This document shows, one piece after another, positions 44,515 to 53,250 of a stretch of 64,000 nucleotides of DNA. The stretch lies in assembly GCA_014237405.1 (NCBI GenBank), contig JABZFO010000116.1:936-64935 (forward strand), given 5' to 3'. This DNA is from Desulfosarcina sp. GTDB taxonomy: Bacteria > Desulfobacterota > Desulfobacteria > Desulfobacterales > Desulfosarcinaceae. Below the pieces are notes generated by a model, which worked only from the letters and a program-made list of their open reading frames with translations, made no database searches and was not told the origin of the DNA. A program made the translations under genes and the position numbers. Position 1 is the stretch's first letter; each line of letters starts with the position of its first letter.

Positions 44515-45165
44515 ATGAAGAAAGGCAAAGCCGTTTCCATTGAAAAAGCCAACCCGATTTTTGATAAGCTTGAGCAGCTTTCAAAAATCCAACGGATCGC
44601 TATTTGGGTAGGCCTGTTGATATTGCTTATCGGTGCTTTCGTCTATTTTTCATATCTTCCAAAATTTAAAAAAATAAATAGCCTCAAAGCCAGTCTGTCA
44701 AAAATTGAAAAACAGTTGGAAGTTGCCAAAATAAATGCAAGTCAGTTGAATGCATTTAGGAAAAAAATGCAGGACGCTGAAGAACAATTCAAAGTCGTGA
44801 TGCGGGCGTTGCCTGAAAACGAAGAAATTCCAACGCTCCTTACCGGCATTTCTAATGCCGGTAAGGATTCAGGCCTGACTTTTCTCCTGTTTCAGCCCGA
44901 GACTGAGGTGAAAAAGGATTTCTACGCTGAAATTCCTGTAGCGATAAAAGTGACAGGGGATTATCATGGTGTTGCAACTTTTTTTGAGAGTGTCGCCGGG
45001 CTCAACCGGGTCGTAAATATTAAAAATATAGATATGACGCCAGAAAAGGAAAGAGGGGGCAAAACCCTAACGACAACCTGTACAGCTGTGACGTATAAAT
45101 TTATAGAAGATTCCAATGCGACAGAGAAGCGGTCTGAAAAGTCGAAAAAGAAAAAGAAGCGGTAA
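44515..45165 (+). CDS. pilO: Type IV pilus assembly protein PilO
   Basis: Single TM segment, coiled coil and C-terminal ferredoxin-like region (IPVAIKVTGDYHGVATFFESVAGLNRVVNI), in the position expected for pilO. Confidence 0.8.
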   Translation: MKKGKAVSIEKANPIFDKLEQLSKIQRIAIWVGLLILLIGAFVYFSYLPKFKKINSLKASLSKIEKQLEVAKINASQLNAFRKKMQDAEEQFKVVMRALPENEEIPTLLTGISNAGKDSGLTFLLFQPETEVKKDFYAEIPVAIKVTGDYHGVATFFESVAGLNRVVNIKNIDMTPEKERGGKTLTTTCTAVTYKFIEDSNATEKRSEKSKKKKKR

Positions 45166-45169
45166 AACC

Positions 45170-45784
45170 ATGCGAATGCAATTTAAACACTTTTATAAAA
45201 TTGTAACTCTGTTTCTGCTGATTTCATGTTTCCTTTGGAGCTGTGGAGAGCAAAAAGAGGAGGCTAACGCTCCGGTGGTCAGCAAGAAAATCTCTATCGT
45301 AAACAAGGCAAAACCCGCCAAAACAAGCGATGCAAAACAAATAGATGCTTCCGCGGAAAAGTCTGATGAAAATGCTGCAGACAAACAAAAAGCAACGGTG
45401 GCAAAGCGAATTTACGACCCAAAGGAACGATTAAACCCGTTCATATCATTGTTTAGCGCAGAAAAGAAAGAAGCCGTAACTGATAAGCAGGACAAAAAGA
45501 AAAGAAAGAAACGAATACCGCGCACACCTTTAGAAAGAATCAGCCTTAACCAGCTTCAATTAGTGGCAATCATCCGAGCCCCATCTGGAAACAAAGCGCT
45601 TGTAGAAGAGAATAGCGGCAAAGGCTTCATTATTAAAAAAGGGACCTATATTGGTTTAAATTCAGGGATTGTAACACAGATCAACCCAAATAGTGTGACT
45701 GTCGAAGAAGAACTAGAGAACCTTATGGGAGAACTGATTCTTCAAAATACCGAAATAAAACTTCAGAAACCAGCTGGAGAGTAA
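45170..45784 (+). CDS. pilP: Type IV pilus assembly lipoprotein PilP
   Basis: Lipobox (FLLISC), a Lys-rich linker and the C-terminal beta-domain LQLVAIIRAPSGNKALVEENSGKGFIIKKGTYIG. ATG 45170 was chosen within the longer ORF. Confidence 0.75.
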   Translation: MRMQFKHFYKIVTLFLLISCFLWSCGEQKEEANAPVVSKKISIVNKAKPAKTSDAKQIDASAEKSDENAADKQKATVAKRIYDPKERLNPFISLFSAEKKEAVTDKQDKKKRKKRIPRTPLERISLNQLQLVAIIRAPSGNKALVEENSGKGFIIKKGTYIGLNSGIVTQINPNSVTVEEELENLMGELILQNTEIKLQKPAGE

Positions 45785-45785
45785 T

Positions 45786-48164
45786 ATGCGTAATACCAGG
45801 ATCAAATTTTCAGAAAGATTGACGCTTGTTTTTTGCCTTGGGTTGGTTGTTGTCTTTTTCCTTGCAGCCTGTGCAACCCAAAATTCTGGTAGCAAAACAG
45901 GTGTGACCGATGTTGATCCTTCCCAATCCATGAGAATCACAGCTATCGGAATATCCGAAGAATCGGACTCGATAAATGTTGTGATTAATGGAACCGAACC
46001 GTTGACATACACGTCAGTCAAACAACCGCTTCCACTTGGTGTGGTTCTCTATTTTCCAAACACACGTTTGGATGTTGCCAACACCAGTGTACAGTCCACA
46101 GGCAACCCTGTCACTTCGATTCATGCAGGCCAAATCGAGGCTAAAAACAATACCGCTCGCATCGAAATTCTTCTGGCCTCGGATGTTCCCTACAACGTGG
46201 TTCAAGATGGTACCTCCCTTAGAATCCAGTTTGAAAAACCCACCTCCGGTTCAAACGGCGGCAGCAAAGACTCGAACACGCAATCAGACGCGACACCGCA
46301 ACTGACAGCTGCCGAAGAAACGCAACCCGTTCAACCTGCCCCCGTTCAATCCGTTAAACCGTCCGGAACTTTTCAAGGCACGGGCATCAAGATTGAAAAA
46401 GATAATCAGATATGGGTAAATCGTATCGATTTTCTTGGAGAAACAGATGGAAGATCGACACTCTCTATCGAAACGACGGCCACGGTCGATTTCAATATTC
46501 AAAAAGTGTCTGACAAGCTTCTTGAATTACGCCTGATGAATGCGAATATCGCGGAGTTCAGACAGCGGCCGATGGTAACAACACGTTTTGAAAGCGCCGT
46601 TAACCGTATTATGCCCATCCAGTTACCATCGATGAAGGATTTCTCACTATTCTCCATTGAACTCCGTGAACCAGTCCCCTATTACACGGAGCAGACCGGG
46701 GGACTGCTGTTGGTTCACTTTGAGGCATCCTCTGTCCCGCCTGCGCCAGCGGACGAGACCAACCTTCCTGCATGGAAGAAGGCTCTCGAAGAAACCATTG
46801 GACCGGCTGATATTGTTTCAGCATACCCTAAAGTAAAGCAACCATCAGGCGAAAGCCAAGCCACAGTGGCAAAACCGTCTGAGATGACAGTTGATGCCGA
46901 CCAGGCCATGGTTGTAAGGAAAAATGTCAAACGATACACCGGCGAAAAAATTGCGCTGGATTTCTTTCAGACCGATATCAAAAACGTCTTCCGGATTCTT
47001 CGGGAAGTCAGTGGCAAAAACTTTGCCATTGATCAAGATGTAACTGGAAAAGTCACGCTGACACTAGACAAGCCGGTCCCATGGGATCAAGTGATGGACC
47101 TGGTGCTGAGAATGAACCAGCTTGGCATGATTGTGGAGGGAGACATCGTTCGGATTGCCACACTGACCACCCTTAAAAAGGAAAACGATCTTCGCAAAGC
47201 GCAAAGCGCCGCTCTGCATAAGGAAAAAGAACAGATCAAAGCATTGGAACCCTTGGAAACACGATACCTTCCGATCAGCTACTCTGATGCAAACAAAGAG
47301 ATCCTTCCCCACATCCAGAATATTATAACCAAAGAACGCGGGTCTGTTTCCGTCGATAGTAAAAACAATCAGATCATCATCACTGACACCGCTGACAAAA
47401 TTGCAAGGGCGCAGGAAATCACCAAACAGATCGACAAGGTAACATCTCAGGTGATTATTGAAGCCCGGGTTGTCGAAGTCAGCGAAAGCTTTTCCAAAGA
47501 GTTGGGTTTTTCCTGGTCAGGAAGTGTGGGTCCGATCGGCATGAACGACGGCAAGGTCAATGCCCTCGGAGCAGTGGCCATGAATTATCCCACCGCCTCG
47601 TCAAACGGTATCGGCTTTAATCTTACGCGACTCTTAAACACACCGTTTTCATTGGATGCCCAACTCACCGCCCTCGAAACCAATGGTAACGGAAAAATTC
47701 TATCATCGCCCAAAATTGTTACGCTGAACAATCAAAAAGCAAAAATAAAACAGGGTCAGGAAATTGGATATCTGGAAAGGGATTCAGCCGGCGGGTCTTC
47801 GGTAAAGTTTAAGGACGTGGACTTGCTGCTTGAGGTTACCCCCCATGTGACGCCGGACAATCGAATTTCCTTGGATATTTTAATTGAAAAGAATGACGTC
47901 ACCGGGTTCGTTGACGGTGTTCCAATCATCTCCACCAATGAGGCACAAACCCAGCTCTTGGTTAACGATGGCGATACCATCGTGATCGGCGGCATCATTA
48001 AAGCGACAGCAACGAAAGGGAAAACCGCGTTTCCCGGCCTTCACAAAATACCGGTTCTTGGATGGATGTTTCAAAGCAACAAAGAAGAGGTCGACAACAA
48101 TGAACTGCTGATTTTCATGAATCCGAAAATCGTTCAATTGGAACAGCGTACAACAGCGTTTTGA
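45786..48164 (+). CDS. pilQ: Type IV pilus secretin PilQ (with N-terminal AMIN domains)
   Basis: 792 aa. Lipobox-like FFLAAC, AMIN-like repeats and a C-terminal secretin domain (GDTIVIGGI...IPVLGWMFQS...ELLIFMNPKIV). Confidence 0.9.
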   Translation: MRNTRIKFSERLTLVFCLGLVVVFFLAACATQNSGSKTGVTDVDPSQSMRITAIGISEESDSINVVINGTEPLTYTSVKQPLPLGVVLYFPNTRLDVANTSVQSTGNPVTSIHAGQIEAKNNTARIEILLASDVPYNVVQDGTSLRIQFEKPTSGSNGGSKDSNTQSDATPQLTAAEETQPVQPAPVQSVKPSGTFQGTGIKIEKDNQIWVNRIDFLGETDGRSTLSIETTATVDFNIQKVSDKLLELRLMNANIAEFRQRPMVTTRFESAVNRIMPIQLPSMKDFSLFSIELREPVPYYTEQTGGLLLVHFEASSVPPAPADETNLPAWKKALEETIGPADIVSAYPKVKQPSGESQATVAKPSEMTVDADQAMVVRKNVKRYTGEKIALDFFQTDIKNVFRILREVSGKNFAIDQDVTGKVTLTLDKPVPWDQVMDLVLRMNQLGMIVEGDIVRIATLTTLKKENDLRKAQSAALHKEKEQIKALEPLETRYLPISYSDANKEILPHIQNIITKERGSVSVDSKNNQIIITDTADKIARAQEITKQIDKVTSQVIIEARVVEVSESFSKELGFSWSGSVGPIGMNDGKVNALGAVAMNYPTASSNGIGFNLTRLLNTPFSLDAQLTALETNGNGKILSSPKIVTLNNQKAKIKQGQEIGYLERDSAGGSSVKFKDVDLLLEVTPHVTPDNRISLDILIEKNDVTGFVDGVPIISTNEAQTQLLVNDGDTIVIGGIIKATATKGKTAFPGLHKIPVLGWMFQSNKEEVDNNELLIFMNPKIVQLEQRTTAF

Positions 48165-48200
48165 CCCAAACTTGAAATCCCTGACCAGATAGATAATTCA

Positions 48201-48258
48201 GGCGATCTTTCCACCGTGCCATAATCTACTGACGCGTGGAGAGATCGCCCTTTTTTTT
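48201..48258 (+). terminator. Rho-independent terminator downstream of pilQ
   Basis: GGCGATCTTTCCAC pairs with GTGGAGAGATCGCC (14-bp stem with one mismatch, 21-nt loop), followed by CTTTTTTTT. Confidence 0.6.
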
Positions 48259-48272
48259 GCGTGTCGATATGG

Positions 48273-48833
48273 CTATCCGCTGTACAGCACCGCCAGAATG
48301 GTGGCTTTGCCCCTGGCAGCAGCAATCAGGTGCGGCGTGGTGGACAGGTAATAGGCGCTGTCCCCGGGGTCCAGGTCGAAATGATCCTCGCCGATGTCCA
48401 GAGAGACCGCCCCGTTCAGCACGTAGATAAACTCTTCGCCATCGTGAATGGAGCGTTCCCTGTCCGGCGCCTCTTCCAGTTCAACAATGAGGGACTCCAT
48501 GTGCCGGCCCCTCACTTCCGGAGCCAGGCTCTGGTAGGTGTATGCCTGCTTTGTGCCTTTCTGGGAAGTGGATCGGGAAACGATCTTTCGCTCCCCTTTG
48601 CGGGTAATGGAATAGAGCTTTTCACCCACGCCGGACACCAGCCGGCCAAAGGCACTGTCCAACGCCTTTGACAGTTTGATGGCCGTTCCCAGCTGGGGCT
48701 GAACCTCGCAGCTTTCGATGCGTGAAAGCAGCTCCACCTCAAAACCGGTTTCTTCCGCCGGCGCGTCAATTTGTCCAGTCAGATCTTCGAAGTAGTCCAC
48801 GTTGATGTGGGGTTTCTTGTCGCCTTTTTCCAT
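48273..48833 (-). CDS. XRE-HTH / cupin-domain transcriptional regulator
   Basis: N-terminal HTH region (LGTAIKLSKALDSAFGRLV) and a C-terminal cupin (GEEFIYVLNGAVSLDIGEDHFDLDPGDSAYY). Confidence 0.7.
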   Translation of the reverse strand: MEKGDKKPHINVDYFEDLTGQIDAPAEETGFEVELLSRIESCEVQPQLGTAIKLSKALDSAFGRLVSGVGEKLYSITRKGERKIVSRSTSQKGTKQAYTYQSLAPEVRGRHMESLIVELEEAPDRERSIHDGEEFIYVLNGAVSLDIGEDHFDLDPGDSAYYLSTTPHLIAAARGKATILAVLYSG

Positions 48834-48876
48834 GGCAATACTCCTGAATTTATGAATCTATTTATTTCCGAGGCCC

Positions 48877-50052
48877 TTAAGCCTTCTGTGGGCGATATTG
48901 TTCCGGCAAATTCGCCTTTTCCGACCATCCGGCCGGGAGCTTCTGATAAGGGGTCTCGCCCAGTTTTTCTTTGCGTTTAGCCAGACCAGGACGTGCATAC
49001 TGCATATGCCCCTCCTTCAATGTCCGCCCATTGATCACCGCCTCGGACCGCAGCCGCCGGCCGATGGTTTTCTCCAGCTGCTTGCCCAGCCACAGCACAC
49101 GGTCAACATTCCAGCCGTGGGCAATGCCCATCTCGTCAATCTGAACCAGGGTGTCCTCCAGGGTCACCAGACCCACATAACGGGGATCGTCGTAGTAATA
49201 GTCGCCGGTGCCTTTTACCGGGCAATCGTCTAAGAAGTTGGCCGGCTGCCCGCCGAGACCGCCCAGGGTCGCTTCGAAATTGATTATGCCTGCCTGCAGG
49301 GCCGCCAGCACCGAGGCCGCCGCGACTCGTTTGGTTTCATGGAAATGGGCGATATGCAGGCGCGGATCCGGAATCTCATCCAGCACCATGGAGAAATAGC
49401 GGTAGACATCCGCCGCTGAAGCGCTGCCGTCGTGGTCCGCATGCTCGATATCATGGGCACCGATCTCCAGCCATCGTTTGGCAAATTCCACGGCGTCCTT
49501 CATGTCTGTGGCACCGCCGATGGGGCTTCCCCAGATGGTGCTCACCGTTCCACACATGACCATGCCCGCATCGTTGCACTTTTTGATGGCCCGCTCGCAC
49601 TCCTGCCAGTAGTCGGGAAGGGTCGTGCCTGAGTTGGCGAAGTGGTGCTCCTCTTCCGTGGAAACCATCATCAGAAGCCGATCCGGTCCGATGCCTCGCT
49701 TCCTCAGCTCTACGGCCCGGTCCACGGCCGATTCCCGAATGGTGATGGCGGTGAGCACGATGCTGCCATAGTCGATCCCCTTCCTCTCGCATTTCTTTTT
49801 AAACCGGTCACTGCGCAGGTGTGTCAACAGCTCCTCGGCGTCCCTGAACTGGGGCATAAGATAGGGGCTTCCCAGGTTGGTCACCTCGATATGCCGGCAA
49901 CCGGCGAAAATCAGCTCCTCCAGGTAAAACTTCTTGGCTGCCGTGGAGATGAATTTCTCTTCGTGCTGGAATCCGTCACGGATGGTAATGTCGCCAATGG
50001 TCACTTTCTTTGGCATTCTTGGAAAAATCTTCCAATAATCGTATTCGGTCAT
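48877..50052 (-). CDS. HMGL-like (pyruvate carboxyltransferase fold) lyase, HMG-CoA-lyase-related, with C-terminal extension
   Basis: Contains VTIGDITIRDGFQHE, typical of the HMGL-like family, and HFHETKRVAAASVLAAL (metal-binding His). At 391 aa it is longer than my recollection of canonical HMG-CoA lyases. Confidence 0.65.
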   Translation of the reverse strand: MTEYDYWKIFPRMPKKVTIGDITIRDGFQHEEKFISTAAKKFYLEELIFAGCRHIEVTNLGSPYLMPQFRDAEELLTHLRSDRFKKKCERKGIDYGSIVLTAITIRESAVDRAVELRKRGIGPDRLLMMVSTEEEHHFANSGTTLPDYWQECERAIKKCNDAGMVMCGTVSTIWGSPIGGATDMKDAVEFAKRWLEIGAHDIEHADHDGSASAADVYRYFSMVLDEIPDPRLHIAHFHETKRVAAASVLAALQAGIINFEATLGGLGGQPANFLDDCPVKGTGDYYYDDPRYVGLVTLEDTLVQIDEMGIAHGWNVDRVLWLGKQLEKTIGRRLRSEAVINGRTLKEGHMQYARPGLAKRKEKLGETPYQKLPAGWSEKANLPEQYRPQKA

Positions 50053-50162
50053 GGTGCCTCCTTTTTAAAATTGCTGACGGACGGCCGATTGTCCGACCCC
50101 GTACATAGCTGTTTACTATAAAATATTAACGTTCAAACCGCATGATACTCTGTTTTTTCCTT

Positions 50163-50945
50163 TTAGCAGCCTTTGTACACCGGCTTTCGCTTTTCCCGGA
50201 AAGCGGCCAGGCCCTCCAGCCGGTCTTCAGTGGGAATGCAGACCCAGTAGGCATTGGACTCGATGGCCAGGCCCGTGGACAGGTCCGTCTCCATACCATA
50301 GTTGATGGCGTACTTGGCCTGCTCGATGGCCACGGGACCGGTTTCGCAGATCTCGGCAGCCATCGCCCGGCATGTGTCGATAAGGGCGTCCGGTGCACAA
50401 ACCTTGTTCACCAGACCGATTTCTAAGGCTTCAGCTGCACCGATACGCTTGCCGGTGAAGATCAGCTCCTTGGCCTTGCCCTTGCCCACCAGGCGTGGCA
50501 GCCGCTGGGTGCCGCCGGCTCCGGGGATGATGGCCAGTCGGGTTTCGGTGAGCCCCATGGTGGCGGCTTCCGATGCAATGCGGATATCCGATGCCAGGGC
50601 CAGTTCGGTGCCACCGCCCAGGGCCACGCCATTGACCGCCGCGATCACCGGCTTGTTGAGCTGTTCGATCTCTGTAAACAGGTTGCGGATAGTGAAAATG
50701 TACTCCTGGACCTGGATGGGTTCAAGGGTGGCCCGCTCCTTCAGGTCTGCCCCGGAGCAGAAGGCCCGCTCCCCGGATCCGGTGATGATGATGACGCGGA
50801 CGCCGGCGTCGAAGCGGATTTCGGAAATTTTGGCCTTCAACGCGTGAAGCAGGGCGAAGTTGAAGGAGTTCATCACCGCCGGCCGGTTCAGGGTGATCAC
50901 TGCCACCCCGTCTTGCTGCTCGGTGAGCAGTATATTTTCTTTCAT
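50163..50945 (-). CDS. Enoyl-CoA hydratase/isomerase family protein (methylglutaconyl-CoA-hydratase-like by context)
   Basis: 260 aa, with crotonase blocks ITGSGERAFCSGADLKE and AAVNGVALGGGTELALASD. Confidence 0.85.
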   Translation of the reverse strand: MKENILLTEQQDGVAVITLNRPAVMNSFNFALLHALKAKISEIRFDAGVRVIIITGSGERAFCSGADLKERATLEPIQVQEYIFTIRNLFTEIEQLNKPVIAAVNGVALGGGTELALASDIRIASEAATMGLTETRLAIIPGAGGTQRLPRLVGKGKAKELIFTGKRIGAAEALEIGLVNKVCAPDALIDTCRAMAAEICETGPVAIEQAKYAINYGMETDLSTGLAIESNAYWVCIPTEDRLEGLAAFREKRKPVYKGC

Positions 50946-51164
50946 ACAATCCTCCGGTAAAAGGTACGCTGGTTGAATTTTTCGACCTGTGCGATTAGCT
51001 TTTAGCCATTAGCGGTTAGCTTTTGGATAAAACGGTTCTATCGACCTGTTGTGTAAAATAATAAGCTTTCTCCCATACTTTAAGTTTTCTAAAATCTCTC
51101 ATTTCCACCCCTTTTTAATGCTAACGGCTAAACGCTAATGGCTAACTGCACAGCTCGGAATTTT

Positions 51165-52313
51165 TCAGCAGCCGATGTGGCGGGAAATGACGATGCGCTG
51201 GACTTCCGAGGTGCCTTCACCGATGTCCAGCAGCTTCTGGTCGCGGTAGAACCGCTCCACGTCGTACTCTTTCATCAGTCCGTAACCGCCGTGAATCTGC
51301 ACGGCATGGTTGGCCACCCGGCCCATAAGTTCCGAGCAGTAAAGCTTGGCCATGGCTGCCTCCTTTTCAAAGGGACGCTTGTGGTCACGAAGCCAGCAGG
51401 CCTTGTACAGCAGGTTGCGGCCGCACTCGATCTCCATGGCGCTGTCCGCCAGCTTGAAGGCCACCGCCTGGAACTTGGAGATGGGTTGGCCGAACTGCTC
51501 CCGCTTCTGGGCGTATTTCAAGGCCGCATCATAGGCGCCCTGGGCACCGCCCAGCCCCATGGCAGCGATGGAGAGCCGGCCGCCGTCCAGGGTCTTGAGC
51601 ATCTGGTGAAACCCGTCGCCCTGCTGGCCCAGGATGTTTTCCGCCGGCACCCGAACGTCGTCGAAATACAGCTCCGCCGTGTTTGACGAGCGCCACATCA
51701 TCTTCTTTTTCATGGTCACGGCCTTGAACCCCTTGGTGCCGCTCTCCACGATAAAGCAGGTGTACTCCGGTTTGCCGTTGGCACGGGTGCCGGTAATGGC
51801 CTGGACCGTCACCCCCAGGGTCATATCACTTGCCGCGTTGGTGATGAAGATCTTGGAGCCGTTTATCACCCATTCGTTGCCGTCGTGCACCGCGGTGGTC
51901 TTGGAGCCGCCGGCATCGGAGCCGGCCGTGGGTTCGGTGAGCCCGAATCCCCACAAGGCTTCCCCGTTGCATAGCTTGGGCAGGTATTTTTGTTTTTGTT
52001 CCTCGTTGCCGAAATAGTACAGGGGGCCGATGCCCAGGGAGTTGCCGGCAGCGATGGTGGCTGCCTGGGAGCCGTCCACCCGGGCGATCTCCTCCACGGC
52101 AATGATGTATGAGATGTAGTCCATGGCCTGCCCGTCGTACGCTTCGGAAACAAACATGCCGAACAGCCCGATTTCCCCCATTTTTCGCGTGAGGTCTGAA
52201 GAAAATTCCTCTGCTTCATCCAGTTCCACGGCCACCGGTGCGATCTCGCTCTGGGCAAACTTCCGGACCTCCTTGCGAATCATTTCCTGTTCCTTGGTCA
52301 AGTCAAAATCCAC
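51165..52313 (-). CDS. Acyl-CoA dehydrogenase (isovaleryl/short-branched-chain type by context)
   Basis: The N-terminus (M)DFDLTKEQEMIRKEVRKFAQ is followed by conserved ACAD blocks through IGEGTSEVQR. The GTG at 52313 is preceded by GGAAAGGAGG at 5-nt spacing. Confidence 0.85.
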   Translation of the reverse strand: MDFDLTKEQEMIRKEVRKFAQSEIAPVAVELDEAEEFSSDLTRKMGEIGLFGMFVSEAYDGQAMDYISYIIAVEEIARVDGSQAATIAAGNSLGIGPLYYFGNEEQKQKYLPKLCNGEALWGFGLTEPTAGSDAGGSKTTAVHDGNEWVINGSKIFITNAASDMTLGVTVQAITGTRANGKPEYTCFIVESGTKGFKAVTMKKKMMWRSSNTAELYFDDVRVPAENILGQQGDGFHQMLKTLDGGRLSIAAMGLGGAQGAYDAALKYAQKREQFGQPISKFQAVAFKLADSAMEIECGRNLLYKACWLRDHKRPFEKEAAMAKLYCSELMGRVANHAVQIHGGYGLMKEYDVERFYRDQKLLDIGEGTSEVQRIVISRHIGC

Positions 52314-52401
52314 GACGACCTCCTTTCCGCCACAGCGGGGCCAGCTGAACCGCACACGATGCGCGAGGCGCCGGCCTTTTATCAATACCGTTTAACACTA
52401 G

Positions 52402-52980
52402 TTAGCTTAAGCTGCCCTGCTTCAACCCGCTGATGATAAAATTTTCATAGATGTCGGCAATCTGAGCCACCGTCAGGCGCCCGTTGGATTTGTACCACGT
52501 GGCACCGGCCGTGCACAGGGTAAGAATGGCATAGGATAAAATTTTTACATCCACATCGGCAAAAATCCCCTCTTCAGCGCCCACCCGTATGAGGTCCTGA
52601 AAGATCACTTCGTACGCGTCCCGTTTTTTCACAATCGTTCGGTAGTGCTCGGCGGTGATGCCCCGAAGCTCGCTGTTGGCAATGAAGTTTTCCTTCTGCC
52701 GCTCCAGGTGAAACCGCACGTGGCTCTGCACCGCCGCCCGCATGCGCTGCTCTATGCCTTCCACCGCCTCAAGGCTCTTTTTTAGGCAGGTGGTGAGATC
52801 GTCCATGGTGGACTTTAAGATGTGAAACAACAGGTCTTCTTTACTGGCATAGTGATAGTAGATGCTGGCCTTCTGGATGCCGCTGCCCTTGGCGATATCG
52901 CTGATGCTGGTGGCAAAGTACCCTTTTTTAAAAAAGAGATCGATGGATACGGATTTGATGGTCTCTTTCATATCGGCCAT
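52402..52980 (-). CDS. TetR/AcrR-family transcriptional regulator
   Basis: N-terminal HTH FFKKGYFATSISDIAKGSGIQKASIYYHYASKEDLL. Length is 192 aa. Confidence 0.85.
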   Translation of the reverse strand: MADMKETIKSVSIDLFFKKGYFATSISDIAKGSGIQKASIYYHYASKEDLLFHILKSTMDDLTTCLKKSLEAVEGIEQRMRAAVQSHVRFHLERQKENFIANSELRGITAEHYRTIVKKRDAYEVIFQDLIRVGAEEGIFADVDVKILSYAILTLCTAGATWYKSNGRLTVAQIADIYENFIISGLKQGSLS

Positions 52981-53046
52981 AGGACTACGGCTCCTGATGC
53001 AATGGACAGTGACCGGCGGGCAATGCGCAGGAAAGAAACAAGAAAA

Positions 53047-53103
53047 TTTACCGACCGGTCGTTAGGTAAAGACCTTTTAATCCAGTTGCCGGCGTGTTGT
53101 CAA
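53047..53103 (-). promoter_or_regulatory. Candidate promoter (TTGACA-N17-TTAAAA) with an adjacent imperfect palindromic operator centred on CGACCGGTCG
   Basis: On the minus strand the -35 is at 53103-53098 and the -10 at 53080-53075. The sequence TTTACCTAACGACCGGTCGGTAAA at 53070-53047 lies immediately downstream of the -10, about 70 nt upstream of the tetR start. Confidence 0.45.
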
Positions 53104-53250
53104 GGTTAAAAAGATTAGCGTTGACAGCGCTTTCTCAGGGGATCTGGTTCAGGTGATCGGGTCCGGTGTCGTTAGGATCCGCTGGACGGTGGTCAGGGCC
53201 AGCCCCGCAAAGGTTTGAACTGAACCGATAAGATGGAGTCAAGAAAAGGG

